Shown in pieces: positions 25,511-38,800 of a stretch of DNA of 64,000 nucleotides. Position 1 is the first letter of the stretch. The number at the start of each line of letters is the position of its first letter. The notes under the pieces are model-generated. The model was not told where the DNA came from. It did no database searches and saw only the letters and a list, made by a program, of their open reading frames with translations. The position numbers and the translations under genes are program-made. This DNA comes from Octopus vulgaris (lineage: Eukaryota), in assembly GCA_951406725.2 (NCBI GenBank), contig OX597817.1, positions 30,442,001-30,506,000 on the forward strand, given 5' to 3'.

Positions 25511-26407
25511 TATCTGTCACACGCACAAATCAAGATAATTTCTAAGTAATTAATTTTTTAAATCTTTTAATTAGGAGGGATTTTTTTAATATGGCTGTGC
25601 CCATATCACCAACATCTGATACCTTGAATACATACGGAAAGGAACAGAATAATAAAATTTGTGTTTTACTTTTGGTCAAAGATTTTTCCACGTACGCCAG
25701 CGAAATAAATGTCCATGAATATTTCATTATCAAATGCAACGATAAACTGTAAGAAGAAAGGAAAAAGAGAGGGGAGACTTGGACAAGAAAGAGAGAGGTA
25801 ATGAAAATAGCGTCAAATTGTCGAAGATCTTAAGCGAATAGAAAAGTTGATTCTGCTGTAAATGTATTTCGATTTATTCGATGCGATTCCTTCTACCACT
25901 TGAAAATACTTATTTTTGAGGTGGCTAAGCTATTTACAAAGATATTCAGGCCGTTAAACAGTCTGTTCTGCAGTTTGTAAGGTAAATATTATTTTCGACT
26001 AATATATTTATTGATATACAGTGATTGTGAAATAAAGAAAATAGGCCATGGAAACATTGCTTATCGTAAATGAAAATAATTTACGGGAATATATCATTTA
26101 CCACTTTGTTTATATATAAGGATGTTTCGACTAAGATCACCGGCCATAAACGTTACTAACATACACACATACTTTCACAAGTATGAAGATTTTATGTGGT
26201 TACTCAGCCTGTGTGAAATAGTAGCCAACTTTCCTTCAAATCCGAGATACACCATAATGATGAAAAGAGAACCTTTTTCAATAGAAAGTGCAACTACATG
26301 CATTTAAGAATATTAAGAATTGAAATAATCAAATAAAATCAAAGGAAAAGTATTGCATGATGTATGATACCAAAAAATGTGTTTATTGTGTATTAATTCA
26401 TTATCTT

Positions 26408-27003
26408 CTAGCGGAGATACCCGGCGTTGCCCGGTTACATTCAATTGAAGAATTAGACTTTTCTGTTATATTTTCTGTAATGAACTGGAATATCTATGTT
26501 TCGAATTTCATCAAAATTGCAGATGAGGGTTATTTCCCTCTTTACACCCCCCCCACCAAATTTGTAATCGTGCCACATGTATCCCATACTACTGATTTTT
26601 ATGCGCATATTCCAAAATTCCAGTGTTATTGAATCTGTTAAAAAGATTTTGCTCCTAAAAAATGAAGGTTATGGAGCTCTAAAATGTGAGAGTTAAGGCC
26701 CCTGTTGGGGGTGGGCATCTTGATGTCAACCAGAGAAGTTGAATTGTTAAAAATATTTTAAACTTGGGTCTTATATCTATTGTTTGAATTTCTTTGAAAT
26801 AGGAAATATATGTTCACTGGGTTTGTAAAAGAGAGCAAAGCTACAGGAAACCAAAAGACGAATGATCACAATAAGCAGTCAGTTACCCTACCCTAGTTGT
26901 TACTTGAAATACCGGTTCAAGAACTATGTTATATATATATGTGTGTGTATACATATATGTATATATATATATATATGTATACACACACACACACATACAC
27001 AAA

Positions 27004-27048
<45 letters not shown>

Positions 27049-27533
27049 GATAAATTGATAGATACAACTGAGTGGGCAAACAAAAATAGGAGACACTTCG
27101 TAGTGCTTTTTTATATTTTGATAAGCCTGGTACTTATTCTATCAGTTTTTTCTTGTGAAACCAGTAAGTTATGGGGATGTAAATAAACGAACACCAGTTG
27201 TGAAGCTGTGATGAGGTAGAAACACAAAGACACACACATAGACTTAAATATATACATACATATGTATACAATTGATTTCTTTCAGTTTCTGTCTACAAAA
27301 TCCACTGACCAGGCTTTGGTTGATCTCAGGCTATAGCAGAAGACACATGCCAAGTTACTACACAGTGGAACTGAACTGCGGACCATGTGTTTTGGAACCA
27401 AGTTTGTTACTACACAGCCACACCTGCACTTATGTATGTGTGTGCGGTGTGTGTGTGTGTATGTGTGTATGGGTGTATATATGTATGCATATATATATAT
27501 GTATATATATGTGTACATATTACATGTTGTACA

Positions 27534-27569
<36 letters not shown>

Positions 27570-27817
27570 CATATACATACAATAGAGAGATGTTTTTGTT
27601 TCACTTTTAACACGTAAGACTGAAATAGTGGAGAAGATATGATATTGCTGTGGGCTCGCTCTAGGCAAGAAGTTAGAGATTTTTTTTGCCCATGACACTA
27701 CATGGACTCTAAGTAAGGCATGTGTAAAATTTGAATGAAATTGGTTGTGTAGTTCTCAAGTTTTAGGGAAACACACAGACAGACAGACACACATTCTCAG
27801 TTTTATATATAGAGAGA
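26408..27817 (-). mobile_element. Non-autonomous Helitron ends (possibly one element with nested SINE and microsatellites)
   Basis: 5' A|TCTCTCTATATATAAAA followed by (TCTG)n at 27817. 3' ccgggcaacgccggg hairpin and CTAG at 26408. Continuity of the middle is unproven. Confidence 0.55.
27118..27430 (-). mobile_element. Older SINE family C copy
   Basis: Diverged match to the 22764-23162 copy. Confidence 0.7.
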
Positions 27818-28299
27818 TTAATTAAAGTTAAAATTACTTTAATTTTAGAATAATGTAATAATGAAATAATCAATATTTAGTTTGTTAAATTAAATACGTG
27901 GAGAATAATTTTATATTTATAAACATCAATTTACTAATTATATAATAAAAGACAAAAACTGCATAAATGCGATCAGAAAATGCAAATCAAGATGTTTACT
28001 TCATAATCTTTCTATTTCTCTCGATTGCAATTGCAGTTTGTTCAAACACTTTTTATTCAACGATATAAGAATCACGAAATAAAATACCAAAAGCAAATTT
28101 TGGCATATGTATAATATCAAAATATTTTCTTTGTTGTGCGTATCATTGAGAAGTAGCAATAATACAGCAACAAACAAAGAGACGGAAAATAAATGAAACA
28201 GAAAGAAAGAAAAAAAGAAAAACAAAGACTAGCGAATGCAGCTCGACGATGACAAACACAAAACGACTTTCTCAAGAGCAACAAGAAAACATTTTGATG

Positions 28300-29031
28300 C
28301 AAAATGCTGCGTAACATAAACAAGCACGGAAACAAATTTCCCATGAATATTTTCCTCTTGAGAGAGCATTTTAGGCCACAATACCGAACCACAAAAAGAA
28401 GTGCGGAATAATTTTTTTTCAGTGAAGCGAAATTGTATTGTGGCTCAAAATGCAGAACAGCATTAGACAGCACAGCCACTTCCTCAAGAGAAATGAGCAC
28501 ACCGGTTTAGAATAAGATGCTGAGCAGCAGTGAGCAGTACGCCACAGAATTCCCTAAGAGCAAATACAACCATAACTATTGCAACCAATTGTCAAAGGAC
28601 AAGATGTCGAATACTGCAAAACTACACGGTATTGATCCAGGACTCGAAGTAACTTTCATTGTAACCCGTTATAGCTGTATCTTAATAGACATTAATGGAT
28701 TAATGTTTAAGCGTGAGTGCAGGAGAGGATGAATTGATCATTTGTAACGAATCTGGCTACCGGTCGAGTCCCCTCTGGGAATCCCTCTCCTTCTCACTTG
28801 TATTTACATTTTCTACAAGGTTTATATGCTGTTGTCTGTTGTCTGTTTTATAATTTAATGTCTAGTTATCTATTTTCTGTTAGTATTTTCTGTTCTTTTA
28901 TTGCAATACAATGTTTAATCGTGTTCAGTCTATTGTGAGTAAGCAAGTGCATTGAAAATTGTTTGAATGAATTATAAAATTGGGGAGCATGTGTTCGTCA
29001 GATATTGTCACCTTCCGTACATATCTGGTAG
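28300..29031 (+). mobile_element. Possible decayed Gypsy remnant with LTR-like segment
   Basis: Weak integrase-like LRAF.AT..TTKRSAE.FF, purine run at ~28720, tgtaac at 28743 to taca at ~29021, then tggtagca (iMet PBS-like). Confidence 0.3.
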
Positions 29032-29287
29032 CAATTCTTAATCATTGTCAGTCTTTAGAAGTTAGCTTAAACTTGTGCCAACAATTTATAGGAGTCACTA
29101 AGTCCCATATATTTAGGCAGGCTTACTGATTCATAGACGGTCAGCGTTTTATTCAGTTATTGTGAAATGTTGGCGAACTTCAGCAACAGCAGGAGTCAAA
29201 ATTGTCGACAATAAAGAAATAAGATGACCGAAAATGGTCATGTCTACGTCATCGACACTGGCATCGTATACACATTTTTATCAGTAA

Positions 29288-29556
29288 CTAGCAGTATCAC
29301 CCGGTGTTGCTTGGGTTTGTTTCGACCCTTTAGAATTGGAATTTTTGAAAAGTAAAAGTTTTGCATTATGCTACTTGTTATTCTCTTCAAGTGAACATTT
29401 TTCCAGTTGAAATACACCGAAAAATGGTGACACAGCAGTCAAAGATCGTAAAAAAATAGGGATTTTCATAGAAAAAAAGCACCTTTTTGATGAAAATAAT
29501 TTTTGGTGTTAACACGGTCCGATTTGAATTCATAAAACATTATATGTTTAGATAGA
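29288..29556 (-). mobile_element. Short non-autonomous Helitron
   Basis: On the minus strand: A|TCTATC start, ccaagcaacaccggg hairpin remnant, CTAG|T end. Confidence 0.55.
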
Positions 29557-29770
29557 TCTTTCTTTAAGGTCGCAACTATAGGGATTACTCCTGTCAGCCA
29601 GGTGAATTAGGCCATTGTTAACAATATACGTTATCATATTTTGATTAGTTTTGTTTATTGTCACATTCATATTCATTTCAACCAATTTCAATTTGAAGCC
29701 ACACATTTTTAAAACATGTCCTCGTTATGTGTCCTCATCGGTCATTATTGTGGAAATAACAATAACAATA

Positions 29771-29941
29771 ATCTTTTTTATTAGAGGCACAAGGTCTCAA
29801 ATTTGTGGGGTGGAGACTAGTCGATTATATCGACCTCAGTGTTTCACTGGTACTTAATTTATCGGTGAAACACTGGGGTCGGTATAATCGACTAGTCCTC
29901 ACCCCACGAATTTAAGGCCTTGTGTCTCCATAGAAAGGATT
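29771..29941. repeat. Fold-back of two family N SINE tails
   Basis: 29771-29850 is the reverse complement of 29863-29941. Confidence 0.8.
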
Positions 29942-29959
29942 ATAATTATTATTATTATC

Positions 29960-30232
29960 ATTCAGTAGTTTTATTTTTATAACGTGCTTTCACTTCACTA
30001 TCGAGCGCAGCTCTGTGTGCCTTAGGTATGTGCTGTGATTTGTTGTGATGCTCTAATGGTTATTGTATTGAAAGTGTTCTGCGTAGGATGTGTGCAGTGC
30101 CTAGTAGTGCAATTTTCTGTATGTTATATGTGTTTGTAAGTCCTGGTGTTTTTGTTATGTATTTGTCTGAATATTTTTATCATGCCTAATGCACCTACTA
30201 TGATAGGAATTGTTTCTGTTTTTAGATTCCAC
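29960..30232 (-). mobile_element. 3' fragment of an RLE-type (R4/Dong-like) LINE in (TAA)n
   Basis: MWNLKTETIPIIVGALGMI and KIALLGTAHILR-type C-terminus, flanked by TTA repeats. Confidence 0.75.
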
Positions 30233-30250
30233 ATTATTATTATTATCATC

Positions 30251-30306
<56 letters not shown>

Positions 30307-30311
30307 CATGA

Positions 30312-30510
30312 AGGCGGCGAGTTGGCAGAATCGTTAGCGGTATCTCGTCTGCTTCTACGTTCTGAGTTCAAATTCCGCCGAGGTCGACTTCGCCTTTCAT
30401 CCTTTCGAGATCGATAAATAAAGTACCAGCTGCTTACTGGTGTCGATATTATCAACTGACTCCCTTCCCCAAAAAATTTCGGGCATTGGGCCTATAGTAG
30501 AAAGGATTAT
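30312..30510 (+). mobile_element. Family N SINE
   Basis: Head, B box and core are present. It ends in (TTA)n. Confidence 0.82.
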
Positions 30511-30810
30511 TATTATTACTCCGCCTTAGCGAAGGCAGAGGTATTATTTCAGTCGTGTTTGTTTCTTTGTTTGTTTGTCTGTGGACAAGATATCTCAAGA
30601 ACCGCTGGATGGATTCGGATAAAACTTTCAGGGATGTTTGGCCTGGTGACTGCCACGAACGGACTAGATTTTGGGATTGATCCGGTACTGAATAGAGATT
30701 CTTGATTATTTGCTATATTTACCTTACCTTACATGAAGTATTACGATCTTACGTTGACTTTCAAATTTTTCTCTGATTATCTAACGACTCTGCCAGCTCG
30801 CCGCCTTCAC

Positions 30811-30840
<30 letters not shown>

Positions 30841-30843
<3 letters not shown>

Positions 30844-31170
30844 CAGAAGTAGTGGGGGAGCATCATAGCCATGTGTTGAGAGGGATTCTTTGGGGTTTGA
30901 ATGATCCACCTCTGGAAACATGGGTGGTTCTTTCAACATCCTTAAACAACCCTTATTCAGGGACCTTTTTGAGCGGGATGGATTACTCAACCTGAAGAAA
31001 ATTCTAACTGGGCCCCACCTGCAAGGTCATGTGCTGTTTATCTTGATATGAGATCACCATGTCGCGCACATATGGTTGTGATGCATGTGCCTGGTGTACC
31101 CTTATCAGACGGGTAGTCATGATGGGTATACTGGGCTTCGTATATTTTACCCCAGTGTCACTCTGATGGC
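30841..31170 (+). mobile_element. Interspersed repeat between (TAA)n tracts (probable LINE 3' end)
   Basis: A diverged partial second copy lies at ~42318-42445. Confidence 0.55.
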
Positions 31171-31189
31171 ATGCTCTGCTCGCTCACTC

Positions 31190-31241
<52 letters not shown>

Positions 31242-31509
31242 GTTTCCCCGTAAGTTATGGCGGCGTTGCGGTTTCCAAAGTTTTATTTCCGTTTCTCTGT
31301 TATTAATTTTACTCGCGTCTCTATCTTAGTAGAAACTGATGGATAAAGAAATCAAACTACATAAGCAAACAGCAGCAAAATAGTTCAGAAATTAAATAAC
31401 TCTATATTCAATAACAGTAATAAATTTGATTTATCCTCGACAATTTTTATTTTTACTCAATTTTGAATATATCGCTCCTGTTTTAAAACCACCTACCTAC
31501 TTGACAATT

Positions 31510-31715
31510 GCATTTCTAGATCTGCCTTGAAGGAAGCTTTGCTTCTTGGACCCACGTTTTTGTGCGCAACGATGTTGTTAAACCTCCGTTAGCAGCACCA
31601 TATGCAGGTCCTTTCCCTTTTCTCTCCACGCTCGGATAAATTTTACACTACAGACCTTAATGCTCGTAAAGACACTATATCAGTGGATAGCCTAAAAAAG
31701 GCTTTCATAGAGAAA
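31510..31715 (+). pseudogene. Gypsy integrase C-terminal GPF/Y fragment
   Basis: THVFVRNDVVKPPLAAPYAGPF then, after a frameshift, RSDKFYT..LNARKDTISVDSLKKAF. Confidence 0.75.
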
Positions 31716-32005
31716 ACTCTCCCTATTCCCACCGCAGATTACACACACACAACGTTATAAACACGGCCTTCACATTCAATAACTACCATTAGGATCGATC
31801 AGGTACCGAACAAGGAATCTGGATTATTTTTCTGGTTAATTACTTAATTTCTAAGAGCTGTCGAGTTCCTTATTAGTATTCTCGTTTGTGAAAGCAGTCG
31901 AGTTTACTTCAGATATTCTCATTTTAAAACTCATCTCTGGCTAATCATTAAGAGGACGTTAGTGTTGCCTAGGCGGAGCGTTGCGCTCTCTGAGTGCTCT
32001 TGTTA

Positions 32006-32070
<65 letters not shown>

Positions 32071-32071
<1 letters not shown>

Positions 32072-32255
32072 TATGTTTAACTTTTGCTTCATATTTGTAC
32101 AAGTTGGCTCCAAGTCTCACCCAGAGACCTTAAGAGACAACAGGTTGGAAGTTCACGTTGTTGTTATGCCTAGTGTACCATATATTTGCTTGTTTTTTTG
32201 TGTTGTACTAGTGGATGTCTAAAAAAAAAAATTGTTTTAAACCTTGAGATTACAT
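32071..32255 (-). mobile_element. Short insert in (TTA)n, probable LINE 3' UTR
   Basis: Non-repetitive-looking block flanked on both sides by TTA repeats. Confidence 0.4.
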
Positions 32256-32274
32256 ATTATTATTATTATTATTA

Positions 32275-32317
<43 letters not shown>

Positions 32318-33139
32318 GACGGCAAACTGGCAGAATCGTTAGCGCATCAACCAAAATAATTAACAGTATTTCTTCCGGCTCTTTACGTTCTAAGTTCAAA
32401 TACAAGCGAAATCAACATTGTCTTTCATACCTCAGGGGTCGATAAAATAAAGTGCCTGTCAAATAAAGTGCCTGATCGAAGGCTATAGACTAACCTCCTT
32501 CCTTTAATTCGCTGGTCCTGTGCTACAATTTGTGACCATTAATATTATGATGATGGTGATGATGATGATGATGTCCATTACAAGATAAATATTATAATTT
32601 TGCCGCATAATGCACTTGTTCTCATAAAAGTTAAATATCCTCCTTCATTTCCATCTTATTACTTCTTTCCTCTTTTTTTTTTTTCTTATTTAATCACGGA
32701 GAATGTTAATAGAAATGAAGCAAATGATTTCTGCTGCCAAAATAAGAGTTTGACATACTGTAAGATTTGCTGAATTGCAATAAAACAAAATGTAGCCGCA
32801 AGCAAGACAAATTATTCCCCCTTCTGTATACGAGAGCAGATTCGTTTTCCATTATTATTAGAATTTATCAGATGTTTACACAAATATATATTGCTTTGCA
32901 ACATTTACTTCTAAATGTGGTCAGCAACATTTTATAGACTTGGATTTATAAATGATTGATGATTATCTCCCCTCTCGTTCTCCTTCCTTCTCTTACTCTT
33001 TCTCTTTCTCTCTCTCTCTCTCACACACTTTGTATGTGTGTATGTATTATGTATGGATGCCTCTATGTATGTATGAAGATAAAAGCAAGTATTTACGAGA
33101 TAAAGAAATTGGGCTAAGATTACAGGGAAGTTATATATA

Positions 33140-33274
33140 TTTCTTTACTACCCACAAGGAGCTAAACACAGAGCGGACAAACAAGGACAGAGAAATGGAT
33201 TAAGTCGATTATATCGACCCCAGTGCGTAACTGGTACTTATTTAATCGACCCCGAAAGAATGAAAGGCAAAGTC
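33140..33274 (-). mobile_element. 5'-truncated family N SINE with TSD
   Basis: Flanked by cagggaagttata. Confidence 0.8.
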
Positions 33275-33380
33275 CAGGGAAGTTATACCGAATACTTAAT
33301 GGTTAGCATGCTGGCTTTGCCAGTAAAAGATGTGTAGGTCAAATACTTTATTTGTTTACAAGAGTATATAATCAGTTCTG

Positions 33381-33447
<67 letters not shown>

Positions 33448-33832
33448 TGTGCGTGTAGAACAATTAGAAGCAGAAAACTGGTATGGTATTCAATGCTTTA
33501 TAGTACGTACACGGGTTTCATCAAAATGCCAAAATAATTACATAACAGGTGTAGAAACATTAAGCAATCATGCACTTCATCTCATCAGTATCCTGCAATA
33601 AATACAACAGTTGATGTTAAAGCTCCGAATATACACATTTTTCTCATTCTGCAAATAACAAAACAACCTCGAATGCAACGTAAAATAGCAGGGGACAGAC
33701 ATAACAAGAGACTCCGAACAATGCCATCTTTCTCTCAAAACCAACTACATGCGACCAGAAAGAAGAGAGAGAGAGAGACATAGAGAGATTGCATTATGCT
33801 TCTGTTACTGTTACGTAATTATTTCAGCATTG

Positions 33833-34005
33833 AACTGATATTTAACTTTTATGAGAACAAGTGATTCTTTGCAGCAAAATTATAATATTTATCTTGTGAA
33901 GGACATCATCATCATCATAATATTAATGGTCACAAATTGTAACACAAGACCAGTGATTTAGAGGGAGGAGGTTAGTCTATAGCTTCGATCAGGTTCTTGA
34001 ATAGC
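33833..34005 (-). other. Inverted copy of 32471-32639 flanked by a 20-bp direct repeat
   Basis: acgtaattatttcagcattg at 33813-33832 and 34006-34025. Confidence 0.85.
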
Positions 34006-34287
34006 ACGTAATTATTTCAGCATTGTATGTCCTATAAGGCACTGGATACCATACCTGTTTAATTCTTTATTGTTATTTCTATTACTTGGCTCGTATTTCG
34101 CACACTAGCTTATCCAAAGATTGATGCCGCGAGTAATACCGGAATGTAGAACCCATTACTGAGCCTGATTTTTGGTTGCACATCGCACTTCAGTGTGCCA
34201 CTTTCATATATTATTATATGTGTGTGAGTATGTGTATATATATATGTATAAGTAAGTATATGCATGTGTGCGTGTGTGTGTATGTCA

Positions 34288-34560
34288 GAGCGTCGGCTGC
34301 GGGGTCATTCCGAAAAGCTCTATCAGCGACGATTTCATCTCAATCGAAAGGAAAGGGGCTTTCTCCGTCCTGGTTGCGTATCCGTGGAATAAGCTGCCGG
34401 ACGAGATGGTGAAGATGTCGACGACCGCTCGGTTCAAAGTCTCCCTTGACCACAAGTGGCCTGAACTCTTTACATGAACACAACCCTGTACATAACTCCA
34501 TGTCCCCCTACATGGCCTTGCTTTTTGCTTTTTTAGCCAAGAAATTAACTAACTAACTAA
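34288..34560 (+). mobile_element. CR1-type LINE 3' end
   Basis: LRGHSEKL...AFSVLV..PWNKLP...FKVSLD, ending in a (TAAC)n tail. Confidence 0.8.
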
Positions 34561-35586
34561 CATATACATTATTCTTGGAGAATCGTAATTGCGCTGGACC
34601 AAATGCTTACGTTCTTTACGTTCAGAGTTCAAATATTGCTGAGCTCAGCTTTCCTTTTCATTCTTTCAGGTCGATGAAGCTACCAGTTAGAGGTCTTAAA
34701 CTATTTATACCTCCTTTGAACTAATCATTAGAAATGTAAAAGTATTAGAAAGCAAGCAAACAAGCTTGATTTAATATTGATCAACGTGGATGTAAGAGGA
34801 ACGTATTTGCTTTCTACATTCTCAGCTTCACTGTTTTACAGAAATTAAATTAAAGAAAACTAGTAATGGTTTACCTCAGTAAAGATCCAATTTATAAAGT
34901 TCCGTTGGCTCAATAAGATTGGTATTTTCCAGAGTAAAAGTTGTATCAAATATATTGAAGAACATACGGACATTTTCACCAAGAAATCCTGTTAATAAAA
35001 GTATATCCAGGCCATTCGAAAGTAGAAAGATACTTGATTTCTGAAACGCGAAGAGCCACATGTCAAATACGTAGCAAATTTTCCAGTACCACCATGACTG
35101 ATATACAAACTACAGGAGAAAAGGCTAGCCACTAGATTTAGTTAAAAAGAAACGATGAGCGATGGCTAGAGAAATATTGAGCTATATTTAATAACCAGTT
35201 GATCTAGCAAGCGGGGCCTCATATCAGTGAAGGGAGCCCATGCGCATTGATGTCGTCGAGAGGTAGGCCCCGAAACGGCGCGCATTCTCTCCTGATGACC
35301 CCTATACACTTGCTGACGGAGTTCTCGACTGGTAGCACTTGCATGTACAAGTTGTTTGCAGGACAACTTCTAGCGAGTATCAAAACTGTACGTCGGCAAT
35401 ACAATTCGATTTAGAATTCCAGCCATTAAAACGTTACATACTTTCACCTGCCTGATGTTCCACTGAGATCATGAGTACAGCAATTCAGAAAGAGCTTCAA
35501 TACATATTATGCAAAAAGAACCTTTCTCAGAGAGAGAGAGAGAGAGATGTAGCAAAAAATAACTGTATTTATCATAGTCATAGACG

Positions 35587-35753
35587 CAGGAGTGGCTGTG
35601 TGGTAAGTAGCTTGCTTACCAACCATATGGTTCCGGGTTCATTCCCATTGCGTGACATCTTTGGCAAGTGTCTTCTACTATAGCCTCGGGCCGTCCAAAG
35701 CCTTGTGAGTGGATTTAGTAGAGGGAAACTGAAAGAAGCCCGTCGTATATATG

Positions 35754-35805
<52 letters not shown>

Positions 35806-36012
35806 TATGTCCGTGTTTGTCCACCCAACATCGCTTGACAACCGATGCTGGTGTGTTTACGTCCCCGTAACTTAGCGGTTCGGCAAAAGAGACCGATAGA
35901 ATAGGTACTAGGCTCCTAAAGAATAAGTCCTGGGGTCGATTTTCTTGACTAAAAGGCGGTGCTCCAGCTTGGCCGCAGTCAAATGGCTGAAACAAGTAAA
36001 AGAATAAAAGAG
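35587..36012 (+). mobile_element. SINE family C
   Basis: Full-length match to the 25106-25510 copy. Confidence 0.88.
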
Positions 36013-36449
36013 TCATACCTCAAGATGTGGTTGTAGCTTGTATCTATGCTTGTATCCGTGCATGTGTGTATGTGCGTATCTGTGCATGTGTATCTCTGTA
36101 TGTATGTGTATGTGCGTGCGTGTGTCTGTGTACCTGTTTGTGCGTGTGTATGGGTATGTATGTGTGGAGCGTTGTGTTTGCGTGTGAAATGAACAAATAT
36201 GTATTAGAAAATTAGTAGTATCAAAGCATGTCAGACTGACATTCAATTTGTCAACATCTCTTCTTCTATCACAATCTCTATTTTGTTACTGTTGCATCTC
36301 TCAAACTATCATTCTCTCTCTCACTAACTCTTCCCTCTCTCTTTCTCTCTCTCTCTCGCTCTTTCTCTCTCGCTCTCTCGCTCTTTCTCTCTCGCTCTCT
36401 CGCTCCTTCTCTCTCTCTCTCTCTCTCTCTCAGTACACACACTCACATA

Positions 36450-36483
<34 letters not shown>

Positions 36484-36778
36484 GATAGATAAATAGATAG
36501 ATAGGAATGGTTGTGCGGTAAGAAGCTTGCTTCCCAACCACATGCTTCTGTGTTCAGTCCCCTGCGTGGCACCTTGGACAACTTTTTTCTACTATACCCT
36601 CGGGCTGACCAAGTCCTTGGATTTGGTAGATGGAAACTGGAAGACGTCCATAGAGAGTTATACATATACACATTAATACTGAACAAAAAACATATATATA
36701 TATATATTTTTTTTACACGAGACCAAAAAGTAATTGGCAAGACTTTGTTAGAAAAAGTTACAATATTAAAGTAAAAAA

Positions 36779-36788
36779 TGTACATACA

Positions 36789-36862
<74 letters not shown>

Positions 36863-37308
36863 ATATGCAGACATATACAAATATATATAATACATATACA
36901 TATACACATTTATATGCATATTTACATATATACTCATATATACATATATATACATATACACATATATACATATATACACATATAAATACATATACACACA
37001 TATATATATATATACACATATATATATACATAAATATGCATATATATACACATATATATACATATATATGCATATATACATATATATGCATATATATATA
37101 TATGCATATATATATACGCATATGTACATGTATATATATATATACGTATATATATATATATATGTATATATATGTATTTATATAAATACATATATAAACA
37201 TATACATATATAAATATATACATATGCATATATATATACATTTATATACATATATACTTGCACATATATAGACATATATATACATGCATATATATACACA
37301 TAGATACA

Positions 37309-37361
<53 letters not shown>

Positions 37362-37435
37362 GTATTCATGCACATATATACAGACACATACGGATATATA
37401 TACATATATTCGTGTATATATATATATATATATCT
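36779..37435. repeat. ~650-bp degenerate (TA)/(CA) low-complexity tract
   Basis: Seen directly. Confidence 0.95.
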
Positions 37436-37702
37436 ACGTAGTTTATCTGAATGGAATTTTGGGGATATATGACGAAATTTTATTTTACCCTTTTTAGTTG
37501 TTTGATTTCTCTTATTATCTAAATCAATCACTTTTAAATCCACTGTTTATGCACTTTTAAGAGAATATCTCTCATCGTGACCCTAGCTTCTTGCACAGGA
37601 TTTTTTAAAATTTCCACAATTTTAATATCTTTCTTGGTACCTTTTATTCAGCAATATGACTGATGAAATATTAACTTACTCTTGTAAAAAAATTTAAAAA
37701 AA

Positions 37703-37985
37703 GACTCCGCCGGTTACGACGACGAGGGTCCCAGCTGATACGATCAACGGAACAGCTTGCTCGTGAAATTAACGTGCAAATGGCTGAGCATTCCACAGAC
37801 ACGTGTACCCTTAACGTAGTTCTCGGGGATAATCAGCGTGGCACAGAGAGTGACAAGGCTGACCCTTTGAAATACAAGTACAACTCATTTTTGCCAGCTG
37901 AGTGGACTGGAGCAACGTGAAATAAAGTGCCTTGCTCAAGGACACAACGCGTCGCCGGGAATTGAACTCACAACCTTACGATCAT
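37703..37985 (-). mobile_element. SINE head A (5'-truncated) + tail 2
   Basis: Matches 13274-13560. Flanked by tgtaaaaaaatt on both sides. Confidence 0.85.
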
Positions 37986-38349
37986 GTAAAAAAATTAGAC
38001 CAACACTAAAACAGTATGTTTTAGTGTTCTTTCATGTTGGGACTTTTAAGATTTGAAAGAAGCAATAGATACGCCAAAATAAATATATTTAAGCTGTTTT
38101 AAACTTTTTAAATGTCCCGAACATACTACCAAATAAAGAAGAAATATATTCGATGATATCTCTGTTTTGTGTCCACGTTAATATAGAAAGATGGGGGAAG
38201 ATATTTTACTATTTTATTTTTGGGGTCTGGCTTTTTTTTTTCTCATTTTGAAAAACTCTTCAAGAGTGTTTCAGTAAACCACTTAGAGAAGCACTACTAC
38301 AAAGAATCAATAATCACCCCGTAAATATTTTCCTTAACTGTTTCAACTA

Positions 38350-38800
38350 TATGCTTCTTCATTCAATAATAATATTCAAGATTGAAACTTATATGAAAAA
38401 CTGGAATTTATCAACATTAAAAGGCAAGCGACACTAATTAAACCAAGAACTTTGTTTCTCTAAATCTTCTAACATTTTAGCACTCTCAGGCACAATCTCG
38501 AAAAATCTTGAAGTTATCAGTAAAAAGCTTGCATATGGTTTCAATTAACGATAAAATGACATTTATAAAACCAATAAACTTTATTGGGCCTAAACAATCG
38601 TACTATAATACACAATATGATTGCTTAGAAACATTATCTGCTGTCAATGTAGACATTTTATCTGCTTCCTACCCATTTAATATTTTACCCTAGAACTCAT
38701 AGTGATTGTAAGTACTTGCGGCAAAGTGAACCTAATACTTTAGCAGAGTAAATGTCTATTATATATTCTGAATGAATCGGATTTCATGATATTTCCAACA
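38350..38800 (-). mobile_element. Old CR1-type RT remnant
   Basis: LGPIKFIGFIN...CKLFTDNFKIF (FADD-like) and LEDLEK.SSW...RLPFNVDK. Confidence 0.55.

Larger units (their letters stand above)
30515..32003 (+). mobile_element. Helentron-associated (DINE-1/HINE-like) element ends enclosing nested fragments
   Basis: 5' subterminal ctccgccttag then (TTTG)n-TCTG. 3' inverted ctaggcggag followed by hairpin gcgctc-tct-gagtgc. TT-rich flanks. Confidence 0.6.

Noticed and set aside
35262-35305. GAAAC...CTGATGA as a hammerhead ribozyme
   Set aside because: Stem II flanks are cccc on both sides and cannot pair, and there is no valid stem I or III.
36324-37543. Long ORFs such as the 305-aa YI/MY-rich ORF
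   Set aside because: These are translations of TA/CA microsatellites. The same applies to ORFs at 1999-2319, 22179-22641 and 49612-50088.
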